Below are positions 16,740-26,260 of a DNA stretch of 32,000 nt, piece after piece. Numbering within the stretch: position 1 is the first letter of the stretch; each line of letters begins with the position of its first letter. Below the pieces are notes generated by a model. It saw nothing but the letters and a program-made list of their open reading frames with translations. It was not told the DNA's origin and ran no database searches. The translations under genes were made by a program, and so were the position numbers. The DNA comes from Aquifex aeolicus VF5 (lineage in GTDB: Bacteria; Aquificota; Aquificia; Aquificales; Aquificaceae), in contig NC_000918.1 of the NCBI RefSeq assembly GCF_000008625.1, positions 1,440,001 to 1,472,000 of the forward strand. Reading direction: 5' to 3'.

Positions 16740-17771
16740 ATGGAGAAGTTCGTAGACAGAGTAAAAATCTTCGTGAAAGGGGGAAAGGGCGGAGACGGAG
16801 CAGTAGCCTTTTTGAGGGAAAAGTACAGACCGAAAGGAGGACCTGCGGGAGGAGACGGAGGAAAGGGTGGAGACGTTATCTTAGTTGCTACGAGTTCAAA
16901 GCACACACTCCTTGACTTTAAGTATAAAAAGCATTACATAGCCCAAAACGGAGAACCCGGAAAGGGCAAGAAAATGCATGGAAAGGACGGAGAGGACCTC
17001 ATAATCTACGTTCCCGTGGGAACTGTCGTGAAGGACGCACAAACAGGGGAAGTTATTTGCGACCTAGTAAAGGAAGGACAGAAGTGTATCGTTGCTAAAG
17101 GCGGAAAAGGCGGAAGGGGAAACGCAAGGTTTGCAACTCCTACAAATCAAGCACCTACCTACGCGGAAAAGGGTCAGAAGGGCGAGGAGAGGTGGATAAT
17201 CCTTGAACTGAAGCTCATAGCGGACGTGGGACTCGTCGGTTTTCCAAACGCAGGAAAGTCTACGCTCCTTTCAAGGCTCACGAGAGCAAAACCAAAAATT
17301 GCGGACTACCCTTTCACAACCTTGAGTCCGAACTTAGGAGTGATGGAACTCGATTGGGAAAGGAGACTCGTTATAGCGGACATTCCGGGACTGATAGAGG
17401 ACGCCCACAAGGGGGCAGGACTGGGACACGAGTTCTTAAGACACATAGAGAGAACCAAGTTCTTAGCCCACGTGATAGACGTATCTGACTTCAGGGAAAG
17501 AGAACCGGTGCAAGCTTTTGAAGCCATAAACAGAGAACTGGAACTATACAGTCCGAAACTCGCCCAAAAACCACAAATCGTCGTGGCCAACAAAATAGAC
17601 GCTTTGAGTGACAGGAGTTTGCTTTCAGAGCTTGAAAAGTACTTCAAGGAAAAAGGTTACGAATTTTACGCGGTTTCCGCACTCACAGGAGAGGGAATAG
17701 AAGAATTAAAGGAGGGTCTCTGGAAGAAGTACGAGGAAATAAGAGACAAAGAATCCGCGCAAGTAACCTGA
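16740..17771 (+). CDS. obg: GTPase Obg/CgtA
   Basis: 343 aa. It has the Gly-rich Obg fold ([26 protein letters not shown]...[10 protein letters not shown]) and a GTPase domain ([22 protein letters not shown]). Confidence 0.95.
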   Translation: MEKFVDRVKIFVKGGKGGDGAVAFLREKYRPKGGPAGGDGGKGGDVILVATSSKHTLLDFKYKKHYIAQNGEPGKGKKMHGKDGEDLIIYVPVGTVVKDAQTGEVICDLVKEGQKCIVAKGGKGGRGNARFATPTNQAPTYAEKGQKGEERWIILELKLIADVGLVGFPNAGKSTLLSRLTRAKPKIADYPFTTLSPNLGVMELDWERRLVIADIPGLIEDAHKGAGLGHEFLRHIERTKFLAHVIDVSDFREREPVQAFEAINRELELYSPKLAQKPQIVVANKIDALSDRSLLSELEKYFKEKGYEFYAVSALTGEGIEELKEGLWKKYEEIRDKESAQVT

Positions 17772-17796
17772 ACCTTTTGATGTAGTTTATATAAAT

Positions 17797-18972
17797 ATGC
17801 TTCAAGTAAGAGTAAAACCCGGAGTAGAAGACAGGATTAGAGGATTTTTCCCTTGGGTTTACAGGTCGGAAATAGCTTCCTTTTCAAGAAAACCAAAGAA
17901 AGGAGAGATAGTAGTCGTAAGGGACGTTAACGGAAAGTTTCTGGGCTACGGCTACATAAACCCTGAGGTAAACATAGCAATAAGAATTCTATCCTTTGAC
18001 AAAAACGAGCCCGTAACTCCTGAACTTATCAGAAAGAGAATAAAGCAGGCCTACGAATATAGAAAGAGACTTTACATAAACAGCAACGCTTACAGGCTTG
18101 TGCACTCGGAGGGGGATCTCCTCCCTGGACTTATCGTTGACGTTTACGGGAGTTATCTGGCGGTTGAGTTTACGACTTACGGTATGAACCAGTTCAGAGA
18201 AGTAATACTGGACACACTCGTGGAACTACTAAGACCTAAAGGCATATACGAGAAGGTCAATGAAATCGCAAAGAGAGTGGAAGGCTTGGACGTAGAGGAA
18301 AGGGTTATTTACGGAGAAGTTCCCGAAGAGGTCATAATCTGGGAACACGACCTCAAGTACTACATAAATATACCTCAGGGACAAAAAACGGGATTTTTCC
18401 TAGATCAGAGAAATGCGAGGAAGTTTGTGAGAAACCTGGTTGAACCAGGAGACAGGTGTCTGGACGTATTCTGTCACACGGGCGGATTTGCCCTGAACAT
18501 GAAAAGGGCCGGAGCGGGAGAGGTTATAGGAGTAGACATATCCGAGCTCGCCTTAAAGGAGGCGGAAAAGAACGCGAGACTCAACGGCTTTACGGACATA
18601 AAGTGGGTAAAGGCAAACGCTTTTGATTACCTGAGGGAACTCGACAAGAAGGGAGAGAAGTTTGACGTAATAATCATAGACCCTCCTTCTTTTGCGAAAA
18701 ACAGGGCGGCTGTCCCGAACGCCTTGAGGGGATATAAAGAACTCTGTGTAAGAGGGCTGAAGATAGCAAAGAGCGGGGGTTACCTCGCTATATTTTCCTG
18801 CTCCTTTCACATAACCGAACAGCACCTCCTTGACGTTTTACTTCAGGCTTCCTACGACGTAAGGAGACAGGTAAGGGTAATAGCAAAGACCTTTCAGGAC
18901 CTGGACCACCCGTGGATACTCCAGATGCCAAATACCTTATACTTAAAAGGCGTGTGGGTGGAAGTGGTATGA
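17797..18972 (+). CDS. rlmI: SAM-dependent rRNA (cytosine-C5) methyltransferase, RlmI-like (PUA + class I methyltransferase)
   Basis: 391 aa with an N-terminal PUA-like region and the methyltransferase motifs LDVFCHTGGFAL and IIIDPPSFAK. Confidence 0.75.
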   Translation: MLQVRVKPGVEDRIRGFFPWVYRSEIASFSRKPKKGEIVVVRDVNGKFLGYGYINPEVNIAIRILSFDKNEPVTPELIRKRIKQAYEYRKRLYINSNAYRLVHSEGDLLPGLIVDVYGSYLAVEFTTYGMNQFREVILDTLVELLRPKGIYEKVNEIAKRVEGLDVEERVIYGEVPEEVIIWEHDLKYYINIPQGQKTGFFLDQRNARKFVRNLVEPGDRCLDVFCHTGGFALNMKRAGAGEVIGVDISELALKEAEKNARLNGFTDIKWVKANAFDYLRELDKKGEKFDVIIIDPPSFAKNRAAVPNALRGYKELCVRGLKIAKSGGYLAIFSCSFHITEQHLLDVLLQASYDVRRQVRVIAKTFQDLDHPWILQMPNTLYLKGVWVEVV

Positions 18973-20126
18973 AGAAGCACCACTGGGCACTCGTTTCCTT
19001 CGGCTTCAACATTTTCCAATCCCTCATAAAGCTTGTAGGAGGGCTCCTGACGGGCTCCCTTTCACTTATCGGTGATGCCATACACTCCCTTTCGGACGCC
19101 ACCGCTTCGCTGATAGCCTTTTTATCAATAAAGTTTTCCGAGATAAAGAGTGAGAGATTTCCCTACGGACTCTACAAGCTTGAAAACATAGGTGCCATAG
19201 TAATAGCCTTCTTTCTGCTTTTTACCGCCTGGGAAATTATCCAAAGGGCTTTAAAGGGAGAAATAAATATAAACTTTGAAAACCTTCCCATAGGTATAGG
19301 GGTAACGGTTCTGTCTTTAGTTCTCTCCCTCACCCTTTCTTTTTTAGAGAGGAGGGCGGGAAAGAAGTTAAACTCTCCCACTTTAATAGCGGATTCCTAC
19401 CACACCTTAACGGACGCCTTTTCATCCTTTTTAGTTCTCATAAGCCTGAGCTCTTATTACTTCGGTATTAATATTGAACGATACGTAGCTGTAGCTGTAG
19501 CTCTAATAATCGTTTACACAGCCTTTGAACTCCTTAAAGAGCAAATTGGTGCTATTCTGGACATATCCGCGGATAAGGAAACAGTTGAGAAAATTAAAAG
19601 GATAATACTTTCTTTTCCCGAAGTTAGCGAAGTAAAGAGACTGCTCGTTAGAAACGCGGGCGGAAGGTTATTCATAGACGCGGTGATAACTATAAATACA
19701 GACGACTTTATAAAGAGTCACGCGATAGCAGACGAGATAGAAAGGAAGATAATGAAGGAAATTCCGAACGTTGACATGGTGTTTATTCACTACGAACCCT
19801 GTTGCGTTAAGAAGGGGACAAGCGTTGCTGTGCTCGCAAAAGACGGAGTGGTTGCAAGGTCCTTTAAAGACGTGGACAAAATAATAATCTTCAAAGAAAA
19901 CGAGGGAAACCCCGAAGTTATAGAAACAAAAGGTATGGATGAGGAGTGCATAGCCAAAGAACTCGCAAGGAGAAACGTGGACATAGTTATAAGCGGATAC
20001 CACCCCACCAGTAATAAGGCTAAGTGGATACTCCACAAAAACAACGTGTTCGTCTGGGAAACGGAAAAGGAAAATCCCTACGAAGCTCTCTCTGAAGTGT
20101 CCCAGATAAAAGAAGCTGTGACATGA
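18969..20126 (+). CDS. Cation diffusion facilitator (CDF) metal efflux transporter with an extra C-terminal NifX/NifB-like (dinitrogenase FeMo-cofactor-binding-type) domain
   Basis: The start is placed at the ATG at 18969 (ATGA overlap with the rlmI stop; MKKHHWALVSFGFNIF). CDF site motifs are HSLSD (TM2) and HTLTD (TM5), with a cytoplasmic CTD (RLFIDAVITI...VFIHYEP). A further ~95 aa (VAVLAKDGVVARSFKDVDKIIIFKENEGNPEVIE...VDIVISGYHPTSNKAKWILHKNNVFVWE) shows the pattern of the NifX/NifB C-terminal fold. Confidence 0.75.
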   Translation: MKKHHWALVSFGFNIFQSLIKLVGGLLTGSLSLIGDAIHSLSDATASLIAFLSIKFSEIKSERFPYGLYKLENIGAIVIAFFLLFTAWEIIQRALKGEININFENLPIGIGVTVLSLVLSLTLSFLERRAGKKLNSPTLIADSYHTLTDAFSSFLVLISLSSYYFGINIERYVAVAVALIIVYTAFELLKEQIGAILDISADKETVEKIKRIILSFPEVSEVKRLLVRNAGGRLFIDAVITINTDDFIKSHAIADEIERKIMKEIPNVDMVFIHYEPCCVKKGTSVAVLAKDGVVARSFKDVDKIIIFKENEGNPEVIETKGMDEECIAKELARRNVDIVISGYHPTSNKAKWILHKNNVFVWETEKENPYEALSEVSQIKEAVT

Positions 20127-21370
20127 AGTTCCTCGTCTGGGGACTGGGAAGAAGCGGGAAAGGCGCACTGAAACTTTTGAAGGAGAGAGGATTTGAAGTT
20201 TACGCAGGAGACGATTCCCAAAATCCAGAGCTCTGGAGAGAAGTTCTCGGTGAAGTGGACACCGTAGTTCTCTCCCCCGGTATTCCGCCTTCTCACCCTC
20301 TCTGGAAAGAAGCCCTGAAGAAAGAAAAAGAAGTCGTAGGGGAGCTTGAACTCGCATACAGGTTCTTTAAAGGGAAAGTAATAGCGATTACGGGAACGGA
20401 CGGGAAGTCCACAACAACGAGACTCACTTACTTAATACTTAAAAAATTCTTTGACGAAGTCTTTGAAGCCGGAAATATAGGAAAGCCTTTTTCCGAAGTT
20501 GTTCTTGAAAATCCAGAAGGTATAGCGGTTCTTGAAGTCTCCTCCTTTCAGGGGAAAACCCTAAAGACCTTTAGGCCAAATATTGGGGCCTTTATCAGCT
20601 TTTCTGTGGACCACCTAGACTGGCATCCTAGTATAGAAGATTATTTAAAGAGTAAATACAGGATATTTGAAAACCAAACGGAAGAGGATTTTTTAATACT
20701 GAACGACCTCGTTTATGAAATTAAAAAAACACCAAGCAGGGCAAGAAAAGTACTCTTTTCTGAGCTATACATAAACTCGGACAGCGTTTTTTACAAAGAC
20801 ATAAGACTTTTTAACCCTAAAAACTTGAAAATAAGGGGACTTCACAACGTTTACAACGCAAGCGTAGCGTCTCTGATAGCACTTACTCTGGGTTTAAAGC
20901 CCGAGGATTTTGAAGAAGTGATTTACGAATTTCGCGGTCTTCCACACAGGCTGGAATTTTTGGGAAATTTTAATGGAGTTGAAGTTTATAACGATTCCAA
21001 GTCCACAACTCCCCACGCCTTAATGCACGCTCTGAAAACCTTTCCCGACAATTCAGTTATTCTCATAGTTGGGGGGAAAGACAAAGGAGCAGACTTTTAC
21101 TCCCTTAGGCATATAGTTCAAAAAAAGGTAAAAATCGCCCTTGCAATAGGAGAGACAAAGGAAAAGATAAAGGACTCTTGGAAGGATATCACCGAGGTGA
21201 AAACATGTAACACTCTGGAAGAGGCGGTAAAGCTTGCGAGAGAAGTATCTAAACTCGGAAATGTAGTTCTCTTTTCGCCCGCCTGTTCTTCCTTTGATAT
21301 GTTCAGGAATTACGAAGAGAGGGGAGAGAAGTTTAAGGAACTTGTAGAAATATGGTTCACTCGGACTTAG
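20123..21370 (+). CDS. murD: UDP-N-acetylmuramoyl-L-alanine--D-glutamate ligase
   Basis: 415 aa with the N-terminal Rossmann-like segment VWGLGRSGKGALKLL and the Mur ligase P-loop AITGTDGKSTTT. The start has an ATGA overlap with the upstream stop. Confidence 0.9.
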   Translation: MKFLVWGLGRSGKGALKLLKERGFEVYAGDDSQNPELWREVLGEVDTVVLSPGIPPSHPLWKEALKKEKEVVGELELAYRFFKGKVIAITGTDGKSTTTRLTYLILKKFFDEVFEAGNIGKPFSEVVLENPEGIAVLEVSSFQGKTLKTFRPNIGAFISFSVDHLDWHPSIEDYLKSKYRIFENQTEEDFLILNDLVYEIKKTPSRARKVLFSELYINSDSVFYKDIRLFNPKNLKIRGLHNVYNASVASLIALTLGLKPEDFEEVIYEFRGLPHRLEFLGNFNGVEVYNDSKSTTPHALMHALKTFPDNSVILIVGGKDKGADFYSLRHIVQKKVKIALAIGETKEKIKDSWKDITEVKTCNTLEEAVKLAREVSKLGNVVLFSPACSSFDMFRNYEERGEKFKELVEIWFTRT

Positions 21371-21971
21371 TCCTTTTTATAAACTCCCTTACCTTTTTAA
21401 AATCTTTCTTTCCCTTTTCCTTTTCAACTCCCGAAGATACATCTACTCCGTAAGGTTTTACAAACTCTATTCCCTCTTTTACGTTTTCGGGATTAAGTCC
21501 TCCTGAAAGGAATACCTTATGGCCTTCTTCTACGAGCTTCTTAGCAATTTCCCAGTTAAAGGTTTTTCCCGTACCTCCGTAAGCTTCTTTTGAAAAGGTG
21601 TCAAGGAGTATGGCATAAGCTTTTTCCCACTCTCCTACTTTCGGAATTTCTTCCTTTACTCTGAATACTTTTATTACCTTATCCAGTCCAACCCTTTTCC
21701 CCAGTTCTATGTCCTCATCTCCGTGGAGCTGAATGAGGTCAAAGCCTTCGTCAAGGAGTTCCTTTATAAACTCGTAAGGTTCGTTTACAACTACCGCGAC
21801 TTTTTTAACGTTTAATCCTTCAAGGGCTTTTATTATTTCCAGTCTTTTTTCTTTTGACGTGTATCTGGGGCTTTTGGGGTAGGTTATAACGCCTATATAG
21901 TCCGCTCCCTCTTTGGCACAAAATAGGGCGTCTTCAAGGTTTGTTATCCCGCAAATTTTTACCTTTACCAC
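21357..21971 (-). CDS. trpF: N-(5'-phosphoribosyl)anthranilate isomerase
   Basis: 204 aa with a GTG start. The N-terminus VKVKICGITNLEDA is typical of TrpF, and the C-terminal motifs are FLSGGLNPENV and GVDVSSGVE. Confidence 0.9.
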   Translation of the reverse strand: MVKVKICGITNLEDALFCAKEGADYIGVITYPKSPRYTSKEKRLEIIKALEGLNVKKVAVVVNEPYEFIKELLDEGFDLIQLHGDEDIELGKRVGLDKVIKVFRVKEEIPKVGEWEKAYAILLDTFSKEAYGGTGKTFNWEIAKKLVEEGHKVFLSGGLNPENVKEGIEFVKPYGVDVSSGVEKEKGKKDFKKVREFIKRTKSE

Positions 21972-21989
21972 AATCTAAAATAATAAAGC

Positions 21990-23531
21990 ATGGAAGTTAA
22001 AAGGGAACACTGGGCGACGCGACTCGGTTTAATCCTCGCGATGGCGGGGAACGCGGTAGGACTTGGTAATTTCCTCAGATTTCCCGTTCAAGCTGCGGAA
22101 AACGGTGGCGGGGCTTTCATGATCCCATACATAATAGCCTTCCTCCTCGTGGGTATTCCTCTTATGTGGATAGAGTGGGCTATGGGAAGATACGGGGGAG
22201 CTCAGGGACACGGAACCACACCAGCTATTTTTTACCTCCTCTGGAGAAACAGGTTTGCTAAAATTCTTGGAGTTTTCGGACTCTGGATACCTCTGGTGGT
22301 AGCCATATACTACGTTTACATAGAGAGCTGGACACTAGGTTTTGCGATAAAGTTTTTGGTAGGGTTAGTTCCAGAACCTCCGCCAAACGCCACGGATCCC
22401 GATTCCATTCTCAGACCCTTTAAAGAATTTCTGTACTCCTACATCGGAGTTCCTAAAGGAGATGAGCCGATTTTGAAACCTTCACTTTTTGCGTACATAG
22501 TCTTTTTAATAACTATGTTCATTAACGTTTCCATTCTCATAAGGGGTATATCCAAGGGTATAGAGAGGTTTGCAAAAATAGCTATGCCCACGCTCTTTAT
22601 CCTCGCGGTTTTTCTGGTCATCAGGGTCTTTTTACTGGAAACCCCCAACGGCACCGCGGCGGACGGACTTAACTTCCTTTGGACTCCCGACTTTGAGAAA
22701 TTAAAGGACCCGGGCGTCTGGATAGCGGCTGTAGGACAAATATTCTTCACCCTGAGTCTTGGTTTTGGAGCTATAATCACTTACGCCTCTTACGTGAGAA
22801 AGGATCAGGACATTGTCCTCAGCGGACTTACGGCGGCGACGTTGAACGAAAAGGCTGAGGTAATACTGGGTGGTTCTATTTCCATACCCGCTGCGGTTGC
22901 TTTCTTCGGAGTTGCAAATGCGGTTGCGATTGCAAAGGCGGGAGCCTTTAACCTCGGTTTTATAACCCTACCCGCCATATTCTCCCAAACGGCCGGAGGA
23001 ACCTTTTTAGGATTTCTGTGGTTCTTCCTCCTCTTCTTCGCAGGACTCACTTCTTCAATAGCTATAATGCAACCGATGATAGCCTTCTTAGAGGACGAAC
23101 TAAAGCTTAGCAGAAAACACGCTGTTCTCTGGACCGCGGCTATAGTTTTCTTCAGTGCACACCTTGTGATGTTCTTAAACAAGTCCCTTGACGAGATGGA
23201 CTTCTGGGCGGGAACGATAGGGGTTGTTTTCTTTGGTCTCACAGAGCTCATAATCTTCTTCTGGATTTTCGGAGCGGATAAAGCTTGGGAGGAGATAAAC
23301 AGGGGCGGAATTATTAAAGTTCCCAGAATTTATTATTACGTAATGAGGTATATAACCCCCGCTTTCCTCGCGGTGCTCCTCGTTGTGTGGGCACGGGAGT
23401 ACATACCGAAGATCATGGAAGAGACCCACTGGACCGTGTGGATAACACGCTTTTACATAATAGGGCTTTTCCTCTTCCTCACTTTCCTCGTTTTCTTAGC
23501 TGAACGGAGAAGAAACCATGAGAGTGCTTAA
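21990..23531 (+). CDS. leuT: Na+-coupled amino-acid (leucine) transporter LeuT, neurotransmitter:sodium symporter (NSS/SLC6) family
   Basis: 513 aa. The NSS TM1 signature is [20 protein letters not shown]. Over its full length the sequence matches my recollection of the crystallised Aquifex aeolicus LeuT ([20 protein letters not shown]...ERRRNHESA). Confidence 0.95.
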   Translation: MEVKREHWATRLGLILAMAGNAVGLGNFLRFPVQAAENGGGAFMIPYIIAFLLVGIPLMWIEWAMGRYGGAQGHGTTPAIFYLLWRNRFAKILGVFGLWIPLVVAIYYVYIESWTLGFAIKFLVGLVPEPPPNATDPDSILRPFKEFLYSYIGVPKGDEPILKPSLFAYIVFLITMFINVSILIRGISKGIERFAKIAMPTLFILAVFLVIRVFLLETPNGTAADGLNFLWTPDFEKLKDPGVWIAAVGQIFFTLSLGFGAIITYASYVRKDQDIVLSGLTAATLNEKAEVILGGSISIPAAVAFFGVANAVAIAKAGAFNLGFITLPAIFSQTAGGTFLGFLWFFLLFFAGLTSSIAIMQPMIAFLEDELKLSRKHAVLWTAAIVFFSAHLVMFLNKSLDEMDFWAGTIGVVFFGLTELIIFFWIFGADKAWEEINRGGIIKVPRIYYYVMRYITPAFLAVLLVVWAREYIPKIMEETHWTVWITRFYIIGLFLFLTFLVFLAERRRNHESA

Positions 23532-24369
23532 GTGGCTTCTTATACTTTTCTCGCTCCTTATAATTTTTAGTGTGGTGAAAGAATTCATTCTCTCCAAATT
23601 CCCGGTAGGTCACAGGATAGCGGTATTAAAACTTTCAGGAGTAATAGTAAACCCTTATCCTCTTGTTAATAAGATAGAAAGGTTAAAGGATTCTAAAAAC
23701 GTTGTAGCCTTGGTTTTAAGGGTTGACAGTCCTGGAGGTTCTGTGGGAGCCTCTCAGGAGATATACAGGGCTATAGAGCGATTCAAGAGCGCGGGAAAGC
23801 CCGTAGTTATCTCTATGGGAAACGTTGCGGCCTCGGGGGGTTATTACGTTTCCGCAGCGGGGAATTACATATTTGCAAACGAAGGGACTATAACGGGTAG
23901 TATAGGAGTCATAATCCAGCATGTGGCTTATAAAAAACTCGTAGAAAAACTGGGAATAGAAGCAACAGCTATAAAGACGGGAAAGTTCAAGGACACTCTT
24001 AGTCCCTTCAGGGAATTGACGCAAGAAGAAAAGGAGTATTTACAGAACCTTGTGAATGAGGCCCTTGAGCAGTTCATTCAGGCGATACTGAAGTACAGGA
24101 GCAATAAGATTTCCGAGGAAAAGCTCAGGGAGATAGCAGACGGTAGGATATTTACGGGAAGGCAAGCTCTGGAACTGGGTCTTGTTGATGAGCTAGGTTC
24201 CCTTTACGACGCTATAGAAAAGGCTAAGGAGCTTTCCGGTTACAGGGATGCAAAACCCGTTTTCATTCAAGAGGAAAAGAGCTTGCTCAAGCGCTTGGTT
24301 GGAGCGGATCTGGAAGAGATTAAGATCATCAACGCCTACACTCCCCTCTTCTACCTTATGGATTACTGA
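23518..24369 (+). CDS. sppA: Signal peptide peptidase SppA, 36K type (peptidase S49)
   Basis: 283 aa with an N-terminal TM anchor and S49 motifs ([24 protein letters not shown]). It overlaps the leuT 3' end by 14 nt. Confidence 0.9.
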   Translation: MRVLKWLLILFSLLIIFSVVKEFILSKFPVGHRIAVLKLSGVIVNPYPLVNKIERLKDSKNVVALVLRVDSPGGSVGASQEIYRAIERFKSAGKPVVISMGNVAASGGYYVSAAGNYIFANEGTITGSIGVIIQHVAYKKLVEKLGIEATAIKTGKFKDTLSPFRELTQEEKEYLQNLVNEALEQFIQAILKYRSNKISEEKLREIADGRIFTGRQALELGLVDELGSLYDAIEKAKELSGYRDAKPVFIQEEKSLLKRLVGADLEEIKIINAYTPLFYLMDY

Positions 24370-24663
24370 TGGAAAGGGTAAAGATACTCAAGTTTTATCC
24401 CTTTGAGGTTCCCTACAGAAGGGGGAGTTTACTCGCCTACTTTGACATTGTACTTTACGGGGAAATATTAATAAGAAATGTCAGGCTTATCAGAAACGTG
24501 TACGGAGGTCTGTTCCGTAGCCATGCCCTCAATTCAGGTAGGCGATAAGAACGTCAACGTAGTTGAGATACTCTCCAGGGATTTAATGGAAGAAATTAGA
24601 AGAAAGCTCGTGGATTTTTACAAGGAAAAGATTGAGGAGTTAAAAAATGAAGAGAGTGCTTGA
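24369..24663 (+). pseudogene. spoVG: SpoVG-like protein gene split by an apparent single-base insertion near 24515-24516 (frame A 24369-24548, frame B continues to 24663)
   Basis: Frame A reads [49 protein letters not shown] and then runs into RSHALNSGRR*. The +1 frame continues VAMPSIQVGDKNVNVVEILSRDLMEEIRRKLVDFYKEKIEELKNEESA*. Joining them recreates the SpoVG hallmark GLFVAMPS and gives a protein of about 98 aa, the size typical of SpoVG. Confidence 0.6.
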
Positions 24664-26260
24664 ATTTCTCGGAGGCTTCGGCGGTTTAGTTTTCGGATTT
24701 GTTTTCTTCGTTGGAATGTCCATTTTAGGACTTTTTCACCTCGAAGAACACCCTCCCCTTTACTGGGCGGGCTTTTTTGCTTCAGTTTTTCTCTTCGTAC
24801 TTTCTTTCCTACTTAACCTGATAAACTGGGTAAAGGCTTTAATAAAGGATTATAAAAAGCACGGAAGTGTTCTTGCCTTCGTGTACGACTTCCTCGCTTC
24901 ACTTAAGCTCGCAATATTCATAATGCTCGTTCTCGGAATTCTCTCCATGCTCGGTTCTACCTACATAAAACAGAACCAGTCCTTTGAGTGGTATCTGGAT
25001 CAATTCGGGTACGACGTGGGTATATGGATATGGAAGCTCTGGCTCAACGACGTATTTCACTCCTGGTATTACATCCTCTTTATAGTTTTGCTCGCGGTAA
25101 ACCTGATTTTCTGTTCCATAAAGAGACTTCCGAGAGTATGGAAGCAGGCTTTCAGTAAAGAAAGGATACTTAAACTGGACGAGCACGCGGAAAAGCACTT
25201 AAAGCCCATAACCGTAAAAATTCCCGACAAGGATAAGGTTTTGAAGTTTTTACTGAAAAAGGGATTTAAGGTTTTCGTTGAAGAGGAAGGAAATAAACTC
25301 TACGTGTTCGCAGAAAAGGGTAGGTTTTCAAGACTCGGCGTTTACATCACACACATAGCCCTCCTCGTTATAATGGCGGGAGCACTGATTGACGCGATAG
25401 TTGGTGTGAGGGGAAGCCTTATAGTTGCGGAAGGGGATACAAACGACGTAATGCTCGTGGGTGCGGAACAAAAGCCCTACAAACTGCCTTTTGCGGTTCA
25501 CCTGATAGACTTCAGGATAAAGACTTATGCGGAAGAAAACCCGAACGTGGATAAACGTTTTGCTCAGGCGGTGAGCTCTTATGAGAGTGATATTGAAATC
25601 ATAAACGGCGGGAAAGTTGAAGCAAAGGGAACCGTTAAGGTTAACGAGCCCTTTGACTTTGGAAGGTACAGACTATTTCAGGCGACTTACGGAATTCTTG
25701 ACGGAACGAGCGGTATGGGCGTTATAGTCGTTGACAGAAAGAAGGCACACGAAGATCCCGAAAAGGCGGTAATAGGAACCTTTGAGATAAAAACGGGACA
25801 GGTTGTTGAGTTCAAAGACATGCTAATTTCCATAGACAGAGTTGTTCTCAACGTGCACGATCCCAACAACAGGAACGAACTCGCACCGGCGGTAGTTTTA
25901 AAGGTTATGCTAAACAGAGAACTTTACAGCGTTCCCGTTATATACGACCCTAGATTAACCGCTCTTGTATTCTCTCAAATACCAGAACTAAAAGACTTTC
26001 CCTACATGTTCTTCATGAACGGGTTTGAACCTCTATTCTTCTCAGGCTTTGAGGTTTCCTACCACCCTGGAAGTGTAATTATATGGATAGGCTCGGCTAT
26101 ACTGGTTCTCGGAATGGTGGTGGCCTTCTACACGGTTCACAGAAAGGTGTGGATGAGGATAGAGGGAGATACAGCAAAGGTAGCCTTTTACTCCCACAAG
26201 TTTAAAGAGGAATTTAAGAGGAGCTTTTTAAGGGAACTGGAGGAGTTAAAGAGAGCTTGA
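24647..26260 (+). CDS. resB: Cytochrome c biogenesis protein ResB/Ccs1 (system II), with an N-terminal two-TM extension
   Basis: 537 aa. The ResB-like entry helix is LASLKLAIFIMLVLGILSMLGSTYIKQN. It is followed by TM helices, a large soluble (periplasmic) domain and a C-terminal TM (VIIWIGSAILVLGMVVAFY). A GAGGAG SD lies upstream. Confidence 0.7.
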   Translation: MKRVLEFLGGFGGLVFGFVFFVGMSILGLFHLEEHPPLYWAGFFASVFLFVLSFLLNLINWVKALIKDYKKHGSVLAFVYDFLASLKLAIFIMLVLGILSMLGSTYIKQNQSFEWYLDQFGYDVGIWIWKLWLNDVFHSWYYILFIVLLAVNLIFCSIKRLPRVWKQAFSKERILKLDEHAEKHLKPITVKIPDKDKVLKFLLKKGFKVFVEEEGNKLYVFAEKGRFSRLGVYITHIALLVIMAGALIDAIVGVRGSLIVAEGDTNDVMLVGAEQKPYKLPFAVHLIDFRIKTYAEENPNVDKRFAQAVSSYESDIEIINGGKVEAKGTVKVNEPFDFGRYRLFQATYGILDGTSGMGVIVVDRKKAHEDPEKAVIGTFEIKTGQVVEFKDMLISIDRVVLNVHDPNNRNELAPAVVLKVMLNRELYSVPVIYDPRLTALVFSQIPELKDFPYMFFMNGFEPLFFSGFEVSYHPGSVIIWIGSAILVLGMVVAFYTVHRKVWMRIEGDTAKVAFYSHKFKEEFKRSFLRELEELKRA

